From: Sphaerodactylus townsendi
Taxonomy: Eukaryota
Assembly (NCBI RefSeq): GCF_021028975.2
Contig: NC_059430.1
Span: 95,108,001-95,172,000, forward strand
Length of the DNA: 64,000 nt
Direction: 5' to 3'
Shown: piece by piece, positions 26,826 to 40,379 of the stretch
How positions within the stretch are numbered: the stretch's first letter is position 1
How the letters are laid out: every line of letters starts with the position of its first letter
Translations under genes and position numbers: made by a program
The notes under the pieces: model-generated
The model's input: the letters and a program-made list of their open reading frames with translations, nothing else
The model's database searches: none
What the model was told of the DNA's origin: nothing

Positions 26826-27099
26826 CCCAAGGCCTAGGCCTTCAGGCCCTAGGCCACCAGTCTAAACACTACACTATGCTGTAAGTAAATAAACAAAACC
26901 AAGCACACACTCCGGAACCAGGCAAAATATCCATATGAGATGGCAAGCAGATGATCATACTATTTGATCGGCAGGTAGAAAATAATCTGAGAACTGAACA
27001 CACTGCAGAGTTTAGACAGAATAAGATCGTGCAAATGGACTGTACATATGTCATAGTGAGATTTATGATATTGCCTGAATCCCAGGAACCATGGTAACT

Positions 27100-27770
27100 G
27101 TGACCTAGCCACAATGATCCATGCTCTTGTCATCAAGAGGCTTATTAGTGTAATGTGTGCTGCGAAAGCTGTGGAACCTTCAAATAGCCCAGAATGCAGC
27201 AGCAGGTCAGCTAGCTGGTGTGGACTACAAGCATCACATCATTTCAGTACTGACAGATCTCCCTTGGCTGACTGTTCACTATCAGTCCCAATTCAAGGTG
27301 CTAGTTTTAGCCTATAAAGTTCTACAAAGCTTGGAACCTGGGTAGCTAAAGGACTATAAGACTTGCTTGCTCAGTGCATTCTCCATCTTAGACTCTCCTT
27401 CATGTCATTTTCTCCCAACCTTACCTTTTGAGCTGAGTGGCCTGGGGTAGATGACAGAGTCCTTATCTTTGGAATTATTTCTCTATCTTCCTGCCTTTGG
27501 AGCTGTCATCACACATTTTTGGCAGTGGACCAAGGTGGTTTTATCTTCCTGACTGCCGTTTGGTCTGTTCTCCCCCTTTTGTTCCCTGCTGTTGGATTAC
27601 ATTAATGATGTCTACTTTAGCTGCTGCTGTGTATTATTAATTTTAGAACTTATCATTATATTTTAGGGCTTGATGTACTCCGTCATTTTTAGGATGTGAG
27701 ACTGTTTTTTTGTGTGAAGGATTTCGAGCACTTCAGTAGCGAGGTGGCACAACATATCTTAAATAAACAC
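27100..27770 (+). mobile_element. L2-type LINE 3' fragment
   Basis: Translation LQIAQNAAA...HIISVLTDLPWLTV...QFKVLVLAYK is typical of the L2 ORF2 C-terminus. Confidence 0.8.
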
Positions 27771-28136
27771 ATCCATTTTATTAATATACTTGCTATTTAA
27801 ACACTATTTGGCTCTTGAATTGTAAATATGGATCTACAGAAATTTTAATACAAAACTGAAAGATTTAAAGCATCCAGAAGATGACAATATACAGCGCTGT
27901 AAAATGTTTGCCTGTTCAATAAAGAAAATCCTTCACAATGGGGTTGGACATTGTCAGTAGAATAAAAGGCATTTACAGAAGCCCTGTTAAATAACATACA
28001 GGAACATTTGGAAAATTTGGATTTCCAAGGACTCAATGTCATACATAAATATATTTATCTTCTTTTGCAGTATGCCCAGTCAATAGACATTTAAATCCTC
28101 ATAAACTGCAGCAGCCAGCATATGTTTCCTATAAAT

Positions 28137-28776
28137 CAGGGGTCCCCAAACTACGGCCCGGGGGCCAAATGTGGCCCCCTGAAGGCATTTATCTGGCCCG
28201 CCAGGCATGGCGGCGATGGCTCCATTCATGTGCAGTGAGGGCTCGAGGGAGAGGAGGAACCGGCCCCAACGGCTGTTGATTGCAATTACATGATGGCACC
28301 CCCAAATCTCCATGAATTTTCTGACCCAGAGTTGGAAACCTTACACGTGGCAACTCCTGCTCCGCCCTTCCCTCTCGGCTACTCCATGTGTTGCTCTCAG
28401 GCTTTCTGTTCCGCCTCACTCCCATTGGCTTCAGCCAGGCTGGCGAATCGCTCGCTGGCTGCTAGGGAGGAAAGAACCCAGGAAGATACCTGATCCTGGG
28501 TTAGATGGAATGCTTCATTGGGAAAGTTCTGCTTTTTTTTTTTACAGAGGAAGGTATTCTACAGCCTCCCCAACAATATTTGGAGCCAACCCTGTACTTG
28601 ACATACTTTGGTCAGTGTTCTAAAAATAGACCATGACAGAAAGGCTGAAAGGTGAAATCAAACATTTTACAATCATTTGTGCATAGGAATTTGTTCATAG
28701 TTTTTTTTAGTCCGGCCCTCCAACAGTCTGAGGGACAGTGAACTGGCCCCCTGTTTAAAAAGTTTGGGGACCCCTG
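28137..28776. mobile_element. Non-autonomous hAT-Charlie element (OC1-like termini)
   Basis: TIRs CAGGGGTCCCCAAACT / AGTTTGGGGACCCCTG. Perfect 8-bp TSD CTATAAAT. Confidence 0.92.
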
Positions 28777-29831
28777 CTATAAATACACAATTGAACCTAC
28801 TGATAACTATCCTGGAGAACGCATATGGAAGTTAAAATTTTTGTTCAGTTCTGTACTTCAGCTCAGACAAGTATGGTACTGAAAGCTAGAGATAATGTCC
28901 CATCTCTTATATATACATGCATGTGTGCATACAAATATACACAGCTGCTTGACACACAGTACCCACAACCTTGCTAAACCCTTTCAACACAAGCATGGCT
29001 TTCCTCCACTTTTTTCTGATCTTCTGTCTTTAATCTGGTACAGTTCCTTCTGCCTTGCACATTAGGGAGCTTGGCCTGTATTTGGAATCCCTGAGTCAGC
29101 TAAATAAGACCTGTGGCTGAGCATATACCTCCCCACTTTTGCATGTAACTTAAGCATGTGTTTTCCAAAAGTTACAATAGTTAGGTGGGGCTCAAAGTCC
29201 TTTGGTTGGTCCAAGTCTGTGTGACCCTCTGAGAGACCCCCAGCCAGAACCAACAGGAGCCCAGGGCAACTTTATATCCCACTGAATTGTGTTGTTGTAT
29301 GTCTTGCATGTAAATTGCAAGTATGGAAAACATGGTATATGTTTAAATAAGCAAGAACAAAGAAGGGTACGTTCATTGTCAGTACATGGTGAAATGAATG
29401 TGCTGGGGAGAATAATGATCAGGACAGTTCACTCCTATGCATAAAAATAGTTCAAAATTATTCAAAATCGAAAATGATTAAGCCGTTAAAATCTGAACAG
29501 AATACCCCATTTGTTAAAATGAACCTAAATAAGACTACAAACGTCATGGTTTAATAGAGTCCAAAAAAGTTCAGCAAGCAAAAGAAATAGCAAAGCAAAA
29601 AGGAATTTACAATTACTATAGATCAGAAACAAAAAGTCTACACAAAACATTTTATTTTCTTCGACGACTAATCAGAATAGTCTGATTTGCCACATGTTAT
29701 TTCAGGTGAATAAAGAAAAAGAAGGGGATCTGATTGTTCTAAATTTCTCAATTTAAATAAGTCCCTAAATATAGCTTTGCTTTTTTTTTACAGTAGGGAG
29801 GGGAGCACAATGAAGAAGAAACTGATTTGCT

Positions 29832-29914
29832 TGTCAAACTCGTGGCCCTCCAGATGTTATGGACTACAGTTTCCATCATCCCCTGCCAGCATGGCCGTGA
29901 GTTTGACACCTGTG
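29832..29914. mobile_element. Deleted copy of a related palindromic hAT MITE
   Basis: TGTCAAACTC...GAGTTTGACA inverted ends plus the GGACTACA..CCCCTGCCAGCATG core. Confidence 0.75.
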
Positions 29915-31727
29915 GCTTAGAGGATCAGCACTACGATTAAAGGACAGAGTCCTGCTTCTTTAACTGTCTTTCCTGTTTTACCATAAATGACTGCCAGGCA
30001 AGATTCCTAGGGAAACAAATCTCTTAACAGATGGAAAATGCTGGTATTCTAAGAAATATATGATGCAACAAAATGTGCTATCCCACAAAAAGGATGCTGT
30101 ATTTCAACAGTTATAGCACACAACACTGGCTCCCAGCTTTGCAGACTAGTGAACTGAGATGACGCAGGTAACCTCAAATGACCTCTGTTTCAATTTTTTT
30201 TCTATCCACAAACTAGGACTGGAGATTTACAACAGAATGTTTCTTCAAGAGAAACCACTATACCGATAACAGGATACAAACTCACTCATAATCCTTTGGT
30301 CACTTTATCAGGTTATAAGAAAATAGACTGAATCATGAGACTGAGGTTTGATTATTAATTGATGTGAGTTCTCATAGCAGTTTTGCGGCAAGGAACTGAA
30401 AATTCACAGAAGTGCTTAACACTGAAGACGGATTACAAAATAGTGGACAAACTGCTTCAATGAATAAATTAAATGTAGTAGCACACATGAAATTTTTTTG
30501 AAATGAAATTGCTTGAGCCTACAACATTTGGGGCTCAAAACCAGAAAGGAAAAAGAGTGCCTTTCCAAATTATTAGTTACGAGTTCTTCAGTAACGAAAA
30601 AAAATCAGCATGGATTCTGTCAAGATAATATGCACGGGTACAGACAGTGTGATCTGGATAGCCCAGGCTAGCCTGATCTCATCAGATCTTAGAAGCTAAG
30701 CAGGAATACCAGGGTCACTACACAGGGGAAGGCAACAGCAAACCACCTATTAAATTCGAAACTGTGGGTTTGCTTGTTCGTTGCCGAATGGGCGGCACTT
30801 TTGCGGTGTGAGCAAACACACTGTTTTTAAAAGCTTTGTTTTCCTGTCGGTATATTTGTATGGGCTTGGTGACACAAAAAAGAGGCTCTTGCAGTTATTG
30901 GCTTATTCAGTAGGGTTTGATGTGCTTGTTTAATTATATTTTCAATTAACAGGGTTAAACAAATAAGAAATTTAATCACTGCAGAATGTCTGAGGTAAAA
31001 ATGTACAAGGCCATTTTTAAATCACAAGTAAAAGGAACGCTGTAGGTAGCTGTGAGGATGGCAGGGAAAAACATACCAACACAGCACTGTAATATATATT
31101 TTATTAGGATTTTTTTAAAAATCACAAAACAGAGATTAAGCGTAAATACCCAAATCATACACAGCCTAATACTGAGTGTCTGAAGCACTGGAGTAGACTT
31201 TTCAAAACAATTTGACAGAGGACACAAAATAAGCTGCTGTGGAAGATTAACTGAATGGAATCTATTACTGTCAAATGAGTCATGACAATATATTTGGCAG
31301 TGCCAAATACCTTCCCACAGTAGAGGTCCCTGTTTGCTTTACTAGGGATAAAAACTGTTTGACCCCAAGACATCAGAACTCAATGAGGAAGTAAATGAGG
31401 GGTATGGGGAGGAAATACAAACACTTCCGAACATAAGAGGTTTGCAAATGTTATCTACCAGCACTTGTCTGAAATCTCAAACATTCATGATTGTAGGAGA
31501 TCGGATTTGTAAACTGATGTACCACAGAGAGATTTCCAAAGTTAATTGCTATGGCACTAGTAGAAACTTACTCAACTGCAACCACACATACTTTTGATAC
31601 GTAAATGCAGATAACTTGTTAAAAACTGTATTCCTTTTCCAATCTAAGGTAAGCATGACATCTGGAACGAAGACCCCCAGAGATGAAACAGTAGCTTTGT
31701 AAATGCCTACTGTATAAGACTCTGTAT

Positions 31728-31887
31728 CAGAGGCGTAGCAAGGGGGAAAGCGCCCTGTGCATTGGTGCGTCCTCTGCCCACCCTGGAACACCCCTGCCCC
31801 ACCCCTAGAACGCCCTCACCACACCCCCACAGGGGTGTGCGCCTGGTGCGTCGCATCCCCTCCGGTCCCCTTGGAGCTACGCCTCTG
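31728..31887. mobile_element. hAT MITE (160 bp)
   Basis: TIR CAGAGGCGTAGC / GCTACGCCTCTG. Perfect TSD CTCTGTAT. Confidence 0.92.
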
Positions 31888-33949
31888 CTCTGTATTCATG
31901 TGTGATTTGGGAAAGGTGAAAGCCCTCAGCAAAGAACAAGCTTAGAAAGAAGTAATAATGAATTGCAAGGATGCAAATGTGAGAGAATAGGAATGCTACG
32001 GAAGAAAGATCACATATCTGTAACAGGATAAGCTGATTTAAGTAAGCTGATTTAAGAGCACAGGAAAAAAGTATAAAAGATTCCTTATGGAATTGACATT
32101 ATGGAAGTACATAACAAAGAGTGAAGGCAGCATAGAGGAGATATTCAGAAAAGGTAAGGAAAGAAGCAGTCTTGCAGACAGAGAAGTTAGAGGCATTACC
32201 AACACATTATTTTAAGAATCAAAAAGGAGCAAGTGATTGCAAGGTAAAGGTCAGTAAAAGGAGTTTGGGTGACTCTTGTAGTAATGGAGGAGAGAGAATC
32301 CAGGGAAGGTAAAAAGAGGTCCTGGAATTGTGGGGTGACAAACTAACAAACTGTAATTAAGGGGGGGGGGCAAACTCCTTTGCAATGGCTCAGTGGAACA
32401 GTGTGGGTTCGTTTGGAGAAGAGATTTACACAGATAATAATATTGGGAGAATGACACAAAATGAAGGATCTACAAAAGGAAGAGTAGAAGAAGGCAGAAT
32501 GCCTCTTCCAGGGAGAGAGCAAGAAGAGTAGCAGGAAGGAATGGGACAATGGATTCTTTAAACGAAGGAGGATAAAGGGTTAATCAAAGCATCTGCACAC
32601 AATTTTTTATATCAGCTCTGAAGGAAAGGGACAGTCAAGGCTTACTTGTAGATCAGCAGCTTTACAGACAGTAAGTCTCACATGCAATCCCCAGAATATT
32701 CAGTTAAATAATCTCAAAGTACAGTAGTAAAAAAAACCTTCCTTGTTTCTCATACTATTTACTTATTTATATTTAATCTTTCTCCCCAATAGAGATCCAA
32801 CGTGGCTTACATTGTTCCCTCTCATCCATTTTATCCTCACAACAACCCTGTGAGGTAGGTTAAGCTGAGAACATATGGCTCAAGGTCAGCTAGCAAGCTT
32901 CCACAACAAAGGGGGGGTCTGAACCCGTGTCTTCCAAAATCTAGTCTAATCACTACACCATACTGGGTCCTTGGACAGTTGCTGCCAAACAGAGTAAACA
33001 AGACTGAGATAGATACATTTAATACTAGATAGTAACTGATATTCAAGAGCTCCCCTAACCCAGCATCCGGTTGGATACAGCCCCTGGCCAGATGGCCTTT
33101 GAACATATGAAGTTGCCTTATGTTGAGCCTGGCTATTTTTCTACCAACGTCGAGCATGATATGTTCTGGATGGCAGCAGCTCTCCAGGGTTCCAGTCAGA
33201 GGTCTTTCAGATAACCTGCTACTTGACCATTTACCAGCTAATGCCAGAAATTGACCCTTGGGCCTTCTGCATGGAAAGCACTTAGCCACAGTCCTACTCC
33301 CTACAAGAAACTCCTAAGCAAAGAATGAAGGAAGATGGCCATCCTTTGTCCTTCATATTTATGCTAATAATCTGCTTCCCGCTGGTATGGAGTCAATGTG
33401 GTCTAACAATTACAACGCTATAGCACAATCTGGGAGACCCAGGTTCTAATCCCCAGTCTGCCAAATGAGACACTGGGTGACCTTGGGCTCTCTTCTTCAG
33501 CCCAATTTATCACAGGATAAATTGGATAAAACGGCACTGAAGAACTATGACATCAGCAGCTTTGGATCCCCAATGGGTATAAATACATACAGGGTACAAG
33601 CAAACATCTGCAGAATCCAGCCTTCAGAGATATACTACCCCTGTCCATGGAGGTTCCATCTGCACAACAGTGAATGTGTCAGAATGGAAAAGAAACGCTT
33701 CACAACATTTCTGCTGCCATTTCTGAAAGACCTTTCAGTGCCAGTCGCTGAGGGAGTGGCTGTGACAGTCGCGTGCCCTAGTAACATGGTCAATAAATGG
33801 GGGGGAAGGGAGATATATTATAATCAAGAGAGGCATACGAAGAAGGCAACAGGTCCACGAAAAGCAATAAGAATAGAGAGGGAGGGGGTGGAAGAGAGGG
33901 CAAGGCAGGGAAGAAAAGCCTGAGAAAGAAAAACGAACCGTGGGGAAGA

Positions 33950-34650
33950 GATTTGAGGGGGCTGCAGAGGAATGAAAGGGAGTCAGAGGGCAGGGAAGGA
34001 CAAGGCGGCGGCGGCACAGCCTGAGGGGGAGGACAACGAAACTGGCTCTTACTCACTCACCGCGTCCTTCTCCTCACAAGCAGAGCCGTCGCCGTTCCCC
34101 TCACAAACTAATCTCATAAATGCACAATTTGAGGAGGGGGGTGGGGGAAGAGAGAGAGACGAACGGAGCCGACGAAGACACCACAGGAGCTGCCGCGGAT
34201 GCTGCCACGGATGCTGCTGCTGACACTACCGCCAAGGAGCCTGCGGAGCGACACGCCCCGAGAAACCCCTCCCCCGTTTCCCCTCTCCAGGGAGCGACGA
34301 ATTTGACATCCCCCCCACCCGTGCGAGCGCTTCCTCAGAAAGGCTCGTCTACGCATGCGCTTGTCTGTCTGTCATTATTTGGCTTCTTCTCTTGGAACCG
34401 CTAAGAAGGAGTGACCCGGATGGAGGAGGTGGGGACAAGTGAGTGAAAAAGGCGGCTCCCCTTCTTCAGGCTGTTTAGTGAGTTGCGTTGGTGCGTTCCA
34501 TCACGTGATCGAGCCCACCGGTAGGCTCGGTCACGTGATGAAAAAGGCGGTCTTTTCCCCCGTCGCTTCTCTCACATTCTTAGTTTGTGGTTTCTTTTTG
34601 AGGATATTTGAGGCGTCCTGTGCTTTCCACGGGCGGTTCACCTTAGTGCA
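33950..34650 (-). promoter_or_regulatory. RCAN3: CpG-island promoter and non-coding first exon of RCAN3 (exon ~34260->34061)
   Basis: High GC/CpG. Donor GCG|GTGAGT at 34061/34060. NRF1-type palindrome ACGCATGCGC at 34351-34360. Two TCACGTGA E-boxes at 34501 and 34531. TSS not determined. Confidence 0.75.
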
Positions 34651-35827
34651 GAGGGAGATTTAAGCGAACACTTCTCATAAGAAAGTGGCTCCTATACTCC
34701 TCAAACTGTTCTCTCTGGCATAGACTTTAAAAATGTTTTTACTTCATTTATTTACGTTATTTATAGTCCATCTTTCTCAAGGCGGATTACATCAGATTTG
34801 CAGACCTCAAATGTGCAAAAAGTTACACATCATCTTTCTACTACTATCTGCTATGTTCTCTTTTGGTATGACAGCAGATGGCTTCTAGTGCTCCCCTCCC
34901 CTGGTATTTTAGTACTCAAATATAAAACAAATTAAAAATTTCTTCTAGGTCAACTTCTGTTAGCATCTCTGGAATAAAATCCATATGGCTAGTGTTTACA
35001 CTGGCAAATGCTTAGCCAAGTTTTGTTGGAAGCATTCCAAACCTATGATCAGCTACATTTTCACAAATATACTAGTTGCAAGTATGTAGAATTCCTTACT
35101 TTGAATAACCTTCTGAGCCCACTGAAGTCAATGGTCTTAGAAGGTTGTAATTATTTGGGGGGGGGGGGCACAGTACAAAGTGAATACTCAAATGTATTGT
35201 ACCACAAACATTTCAAGCATTTGGATCTACTCCCATTTTCTTATTGGCTTACACAGGCCTTTTGTTTCATACTGGAATTGGTTTTTTCTCCATTGCCACT
35301 AAAAGTGAATTGACTCTTCAAAAACTGCATTCCAAACACACCTTTGCCAAGATTACACACGCTGCCCCCACATTCACAATACTGAGTACTGGTAAGATAA
35401 GATAGTGCTTAGTTACTCTTTTCATGCCTGCAAATCCCACTTGTGTCATTCTTACCCATTCCCAAGCAGGGTTTATTTATGTTCTCCAAATCCAGATTTT
35501 TTGAGTGAGCAGGAGCAAAAAAAGTCTGACAGGGCTATTGCCCTGAATAATAGGCAGGTGAAGGAAACATTAAGATCCTTCCCCATCTGTCGTTTCTTTA
35601 CTGCAAAATCTTATTACCAGCATCACAGTTCCGCATGCCACACATCTCTCAAAATGCCTTCCCATATGCTGTCTGACATGAGTCATAACTTCACTTAGTT
35701 TCAACTAAATTATCCAACTTTACTCGCCTGTATCCTTTAATTTCTTTCCATTTATAGCCCAGCTTTATGAGTGAGTTTCAGAGAAAAAAGAACACCACAG
35801 GCCTTTGTTGGATGTACCATAACTCAG

Positions 35828-35833
35828 TTTATT
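35828..35833 (-). terminator. Candidate NIPAL3 polyadenylation signal (implies a 3'UTR of ~4.2 kb)
   Basis: AATAAA on the minus strand, followed ~30 nt later by a GU/U-rich element (TGTGGTGTTCTTTTTT). Confidence 0.5.
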
Positions 35834-38800
35834 GACACATACTAATTTGAAAGCTTTCAGATTGGCTAGCAGTTAGCCAATCTGCTTAACAGGGTGGAGT
35901 GATTTAATGAGGCCATGATTCTGAAAATAAAATTATTTGACATTGTCAGCCCTCTTCCTAGACAACACTTAGAAAGTTTTCAAACCATCCAGTGATCAGA
36001 CATGTTCCTGCCCTGATCAAAGAGCCTCACTTTTCTTGTTCCAAGCTACTTCTAGATAGGCACATACTAAGATTAAATAGGTGGTTGGACAGTGAAGCGC
36101 CATTATTCTTCATAGATGCAGGTACTATGCATCCCTGACCCAGGGATGGGGGGTGATTAAATCAGAAAACCAGTACAGGGCCCTCAGAACTAGGACAAAG
36201 AGGCTTAGAGACAGCTTCTACTCTAGAGCTGTGGCTATGCTAAACTCCGCTGCTTCATATTGATGTATTTGGGGCTGTGTAGGGATGGGTGGAGGAAGGG
36301 GAAAGTGAGGATGATGTATGAGTCTGAAATTGTGTGCATCGAGGAATGCTGCTGTAAATTTCGTTGTGCGTGCACAATGACAATAAAATGCTTATGCTTA
36401 TGCTTACAAGGAACCCAATCCTCATGGCTATTTTGATCAGAAAGAAATTCATCCTGGTTATGGATCTTCCAGCTCATGTCAACTATGGCCTTTGAGCTAT
36501 ACTCAAGGAGAGATCTGGCAGTCTGTCTTCTCTCTCTCTCCCTTGCCTTTTTAGACTAAGAGATCGGGGAAGAAAAATGTTTTGACCAAGCAAAAATCAC
36601 GGAGGGGGAAACCAAAGCCACTCTTGCCAGTCTTACACACCAAAAAGATGCTCAGAACAGCTATGGAGTCTAGGTACTACAGATTCCAGTGTTGTCTCTG
36701 TAGCAAAAAGAAAAGTGAGTGGGGTGCTGAAAAGGCTAATAGACTTACAGTGGTGCAAGCTTTTGTGGGCTAAGAATATTCTAAGAACTACAGGGCTACT
36801 AATTTGCATCATCTGGAAGTCTTTGACTGTTTCCATGGGAGAAAGGGGGTTATTCCCCATTGTGCTCTCAGCATGGGCTTCATACAGGGATATTCTCCAT
36901 GGATATTCCCTGTGCATCTCCCCCACTCCTGTTAAAATGGTTCCCGCCAGCTTAAAAATAACACTATACCAATATACCCGATACTGATTTAAATTTTTAA
37001 AAATCCATCCATAGCAGGCAAGGGTAAAATGGTGTTGCATGAAGGCATACGGTAACCAAGCATATTCTGAGTAGGATCTTTCTGGAAAGACTGTACCAAA
37101 GTGGGATTGAGAAAAATCTGGAAAGGGGCTGATATGATGGTGACATGTGGAAGCAACCCCCCCCCCCCAAAAAAAAAAATTGTAGGAGACCATGAAGTTA
37201 AAGGTAAGTGCAGAAGCACCTGATGCCATCTCTCCCCAAGAATCCTGAAGGCTCACTCCTTCTGTTATGTGTATCGCTCTCCCCTGAGTGTTGGTGGCAA
37301 AAGCCACAAGACAACTTAAATGTTGGTTTCCTGAATGAAAGTGTTTGCTGCATACACACGAATACATTCTAAGGCATTCCTGAAAACAACTAAGTGCCCT
37401 GGAATCATCCACAAACAGGTAGAAAAGACTTCTTGGCAAAAAGCATGAAGTGTCTCATTGCGCCATGGAAGACTGTTCACATTTACTACAAATCAGAAAA
37501 GGAAGTCAACAAACTTTAAGAAGAAATTTTAATGCAGGAACTATAGGAAGTTCCCTTCAGCTCTCAGGAAAAAATATTTTTACACTTATCTGCTTGAAAA
37601 AGAAGATCTTGCCACAAAGTTTTTTTCCAGACTTTAGCCATAATTCTGGGGAAGTTGTAGAGGGCTTTTTAAAATGATCTAGTGACATATTGCTCTTTTC
37701 ATCGGGCCCCTCAAAAGTAGAAACTGACAACATGACTGCCAGACATTATTTTGCTTGTTCCCATTCTGAAATGGCAGGATGTATACCTGAAAGGCCCATA
37801 ATACAGGGAATAGAAGATTATAAAGGCCAGACAGCTGGACCACTACAAAAATACAGCAGGGGAAAAAACCCTTGCATTTGCAAACTCTTTTTTCCACAGC
37901 TCAAACAAACAAAAAGTGCAAACTACATGCAACTTAATTGTTCCCATTTTATAAATACCACATAAGAAACCATCAAAAATAAATAATGCAAAGTGCAATC
38001 CAATAGAACAAATGGCCGCTTGGGACTTCAGCCCAAACAAAGACACAGATGAATCACTGAGGCACAATATTCTGCGGTTGGAGGAGGCAGTTTAAAACAC
38101 ATGCCATTTTGTGGTTATAAACAGCAGAGATCTTCAGCACATTCATACAGCCAGAAAGGCAGCCTCCTGAATTAATAATGGTAATAAGGAGATTCAATGG
38201 CCTGTTCCACCGCCCACACTCTCAGCTCTTCAGCTATATCACTATAAATAGCACATTTTGCATAGTTCAAAAATGAGCTAAATGAAATTTGTGCAGGGTT
38301 CCCTAAGACAATGGTACTACTAGGTCAGTGTTCCCTATTAGCCTAGTAACATTCATGACCTTTCACTATTAGTCTAATAATGATGTCATCTTGCTAAAAA
38401 GGACAGAAGGTATTACGGCAAATGCATAAATTAAAATGTATAAAAAAACCTGACCCACCTAGCCCTTCAGTAGTTAAAGCAACTGTACACACACACAAAA
38501 TAAACAGCCAGTTTTGTTTCCAAGCAGATTGCATAGTTAAAAGACATTGGTGGTAAAAACAATTAGCATTACTGAAGTTGTGGGAATGTAAAATTAACTG
38601 TTCAATGCCCATGCCCAAGTTATTTAGGGCAATCCTAAATATGTATACTCAGAAGCAGCTTTTGTTTATTCCCTGGATGAATTTCCACTCCGAGAATATG
38701 ACTTCAGCAGACCAAATCTCAGGCATTAGGAACCAACCAAATTGGAGTTAGCGATACCTATTCATAGCAGAAACCTGTACTTGTATAGCTGGGATGGGGG

Positions 38801-40031
38801 AAGGCATTTGGGATTCTATATCCTCTCTTGTGTGGTGAATGGAGGAAATGACCTGCCTAAAGGAGAAGGCAGGTAAAATAACACCTGAGCATCTCTGCAG
38901 GGCATACCTGTTCAACAGCAACATACTTCTAGGTGAGTGAACCTTCCAAGACTTATTGCAAATTCATTAGAAGACATCCATATATACATGTACACTCCCC
39001 TGATTTTACATCTGATGAAGGTTGCAATTTACTTCAGCCACTGATTTCAATAAGATATAAGCGTAAAAAACTTTTCTTTGGCTCCTTGTTCACAATCAAG
39101 AAATCAACTGCAACTTTAAAAAACCTGGATTTAATTCCATCAATTTGCCAAAAAGCATGGATTCCAAATCACCTATGCGCTCTCTCTCTCTCTGGGAAAA
39201 AATCCTAATATTAGGGATACTGTAGTGTAGCCAACATGGATGGTTTAGATGCAAATATTAAATAATAACAAATATTGTTAAAATCTATATGGATTTTAAA
39301 TATCTAGATTTTCTACTAACTGACCCACTAAGTGCCATGATTAAAAGTGCTGAACCCTCTTTTCATGAGCCTGTTTTAGAATCACGGTCCTTCCCTTCAC
39401 TTTAACAGGTAGGATCTACTCATTGAACTCCTAGTCCATGTTGGAGTGTGCGTATTTTTAGTAATTATGCAAATTATTTGGTTAACTTTCACTGCAACAG
39501 TGATGGTAGGAAACTAGATTAGCGCTGAAATCAATTTTCTTCTTGAACTACAAAGCAGCTGGTGCATCACATGAGCAGGACTACTCTTCAAGAATTCACC
39601 TGTAAAGATCTGCTTTACATTAAAAAGTCTCGCAAAGTGGGGAGGGGTACACAAACACAAAATACAGTTTACACAGTGTGTGTGTACATTCAAGATAATA
39701 TACAGCTTAAACTCAGAATTTCTGCCCACTGTCTGACCATCAATAATAGTCACCATACTACCTTTTGCATTTCATTCCATGTAGCAGCTCACATCCTCAA
39801 ACAGAGGATTACAGTTTAGTTTAGAGAGGGATGCTCGAGGCTATATTGAGTCTTCCTCAATAGGGAAACCTAAATTAACGCAACTAATTCTTGGAAGATA
39901 AAACATCTGATACTTGTTTAAACCACAGTTTAGCTGATTTTTGTTTTTTTAGGTACAGCAAAAAAAAGAGAGATAAATTAAAACACACACACACACTCTT
40001 CACAAATTTACACCAGTCCTTTTGACAACAT

Positions 40032-40346
<315 letters not shown>

Positions 40347-40379
40347 CTACAAATTTCAATAGCCCAAAGCTCCCCTACT

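Noticed and set aside
36633-37439. Longest ORF in the track (268 aa, minus strand)
   Set aside because: No recognisable domain, runs through homopolymers and a decayed palindromic repeat, and lies in the inferred NIPAL3 3'UTR. Consistent with chance.
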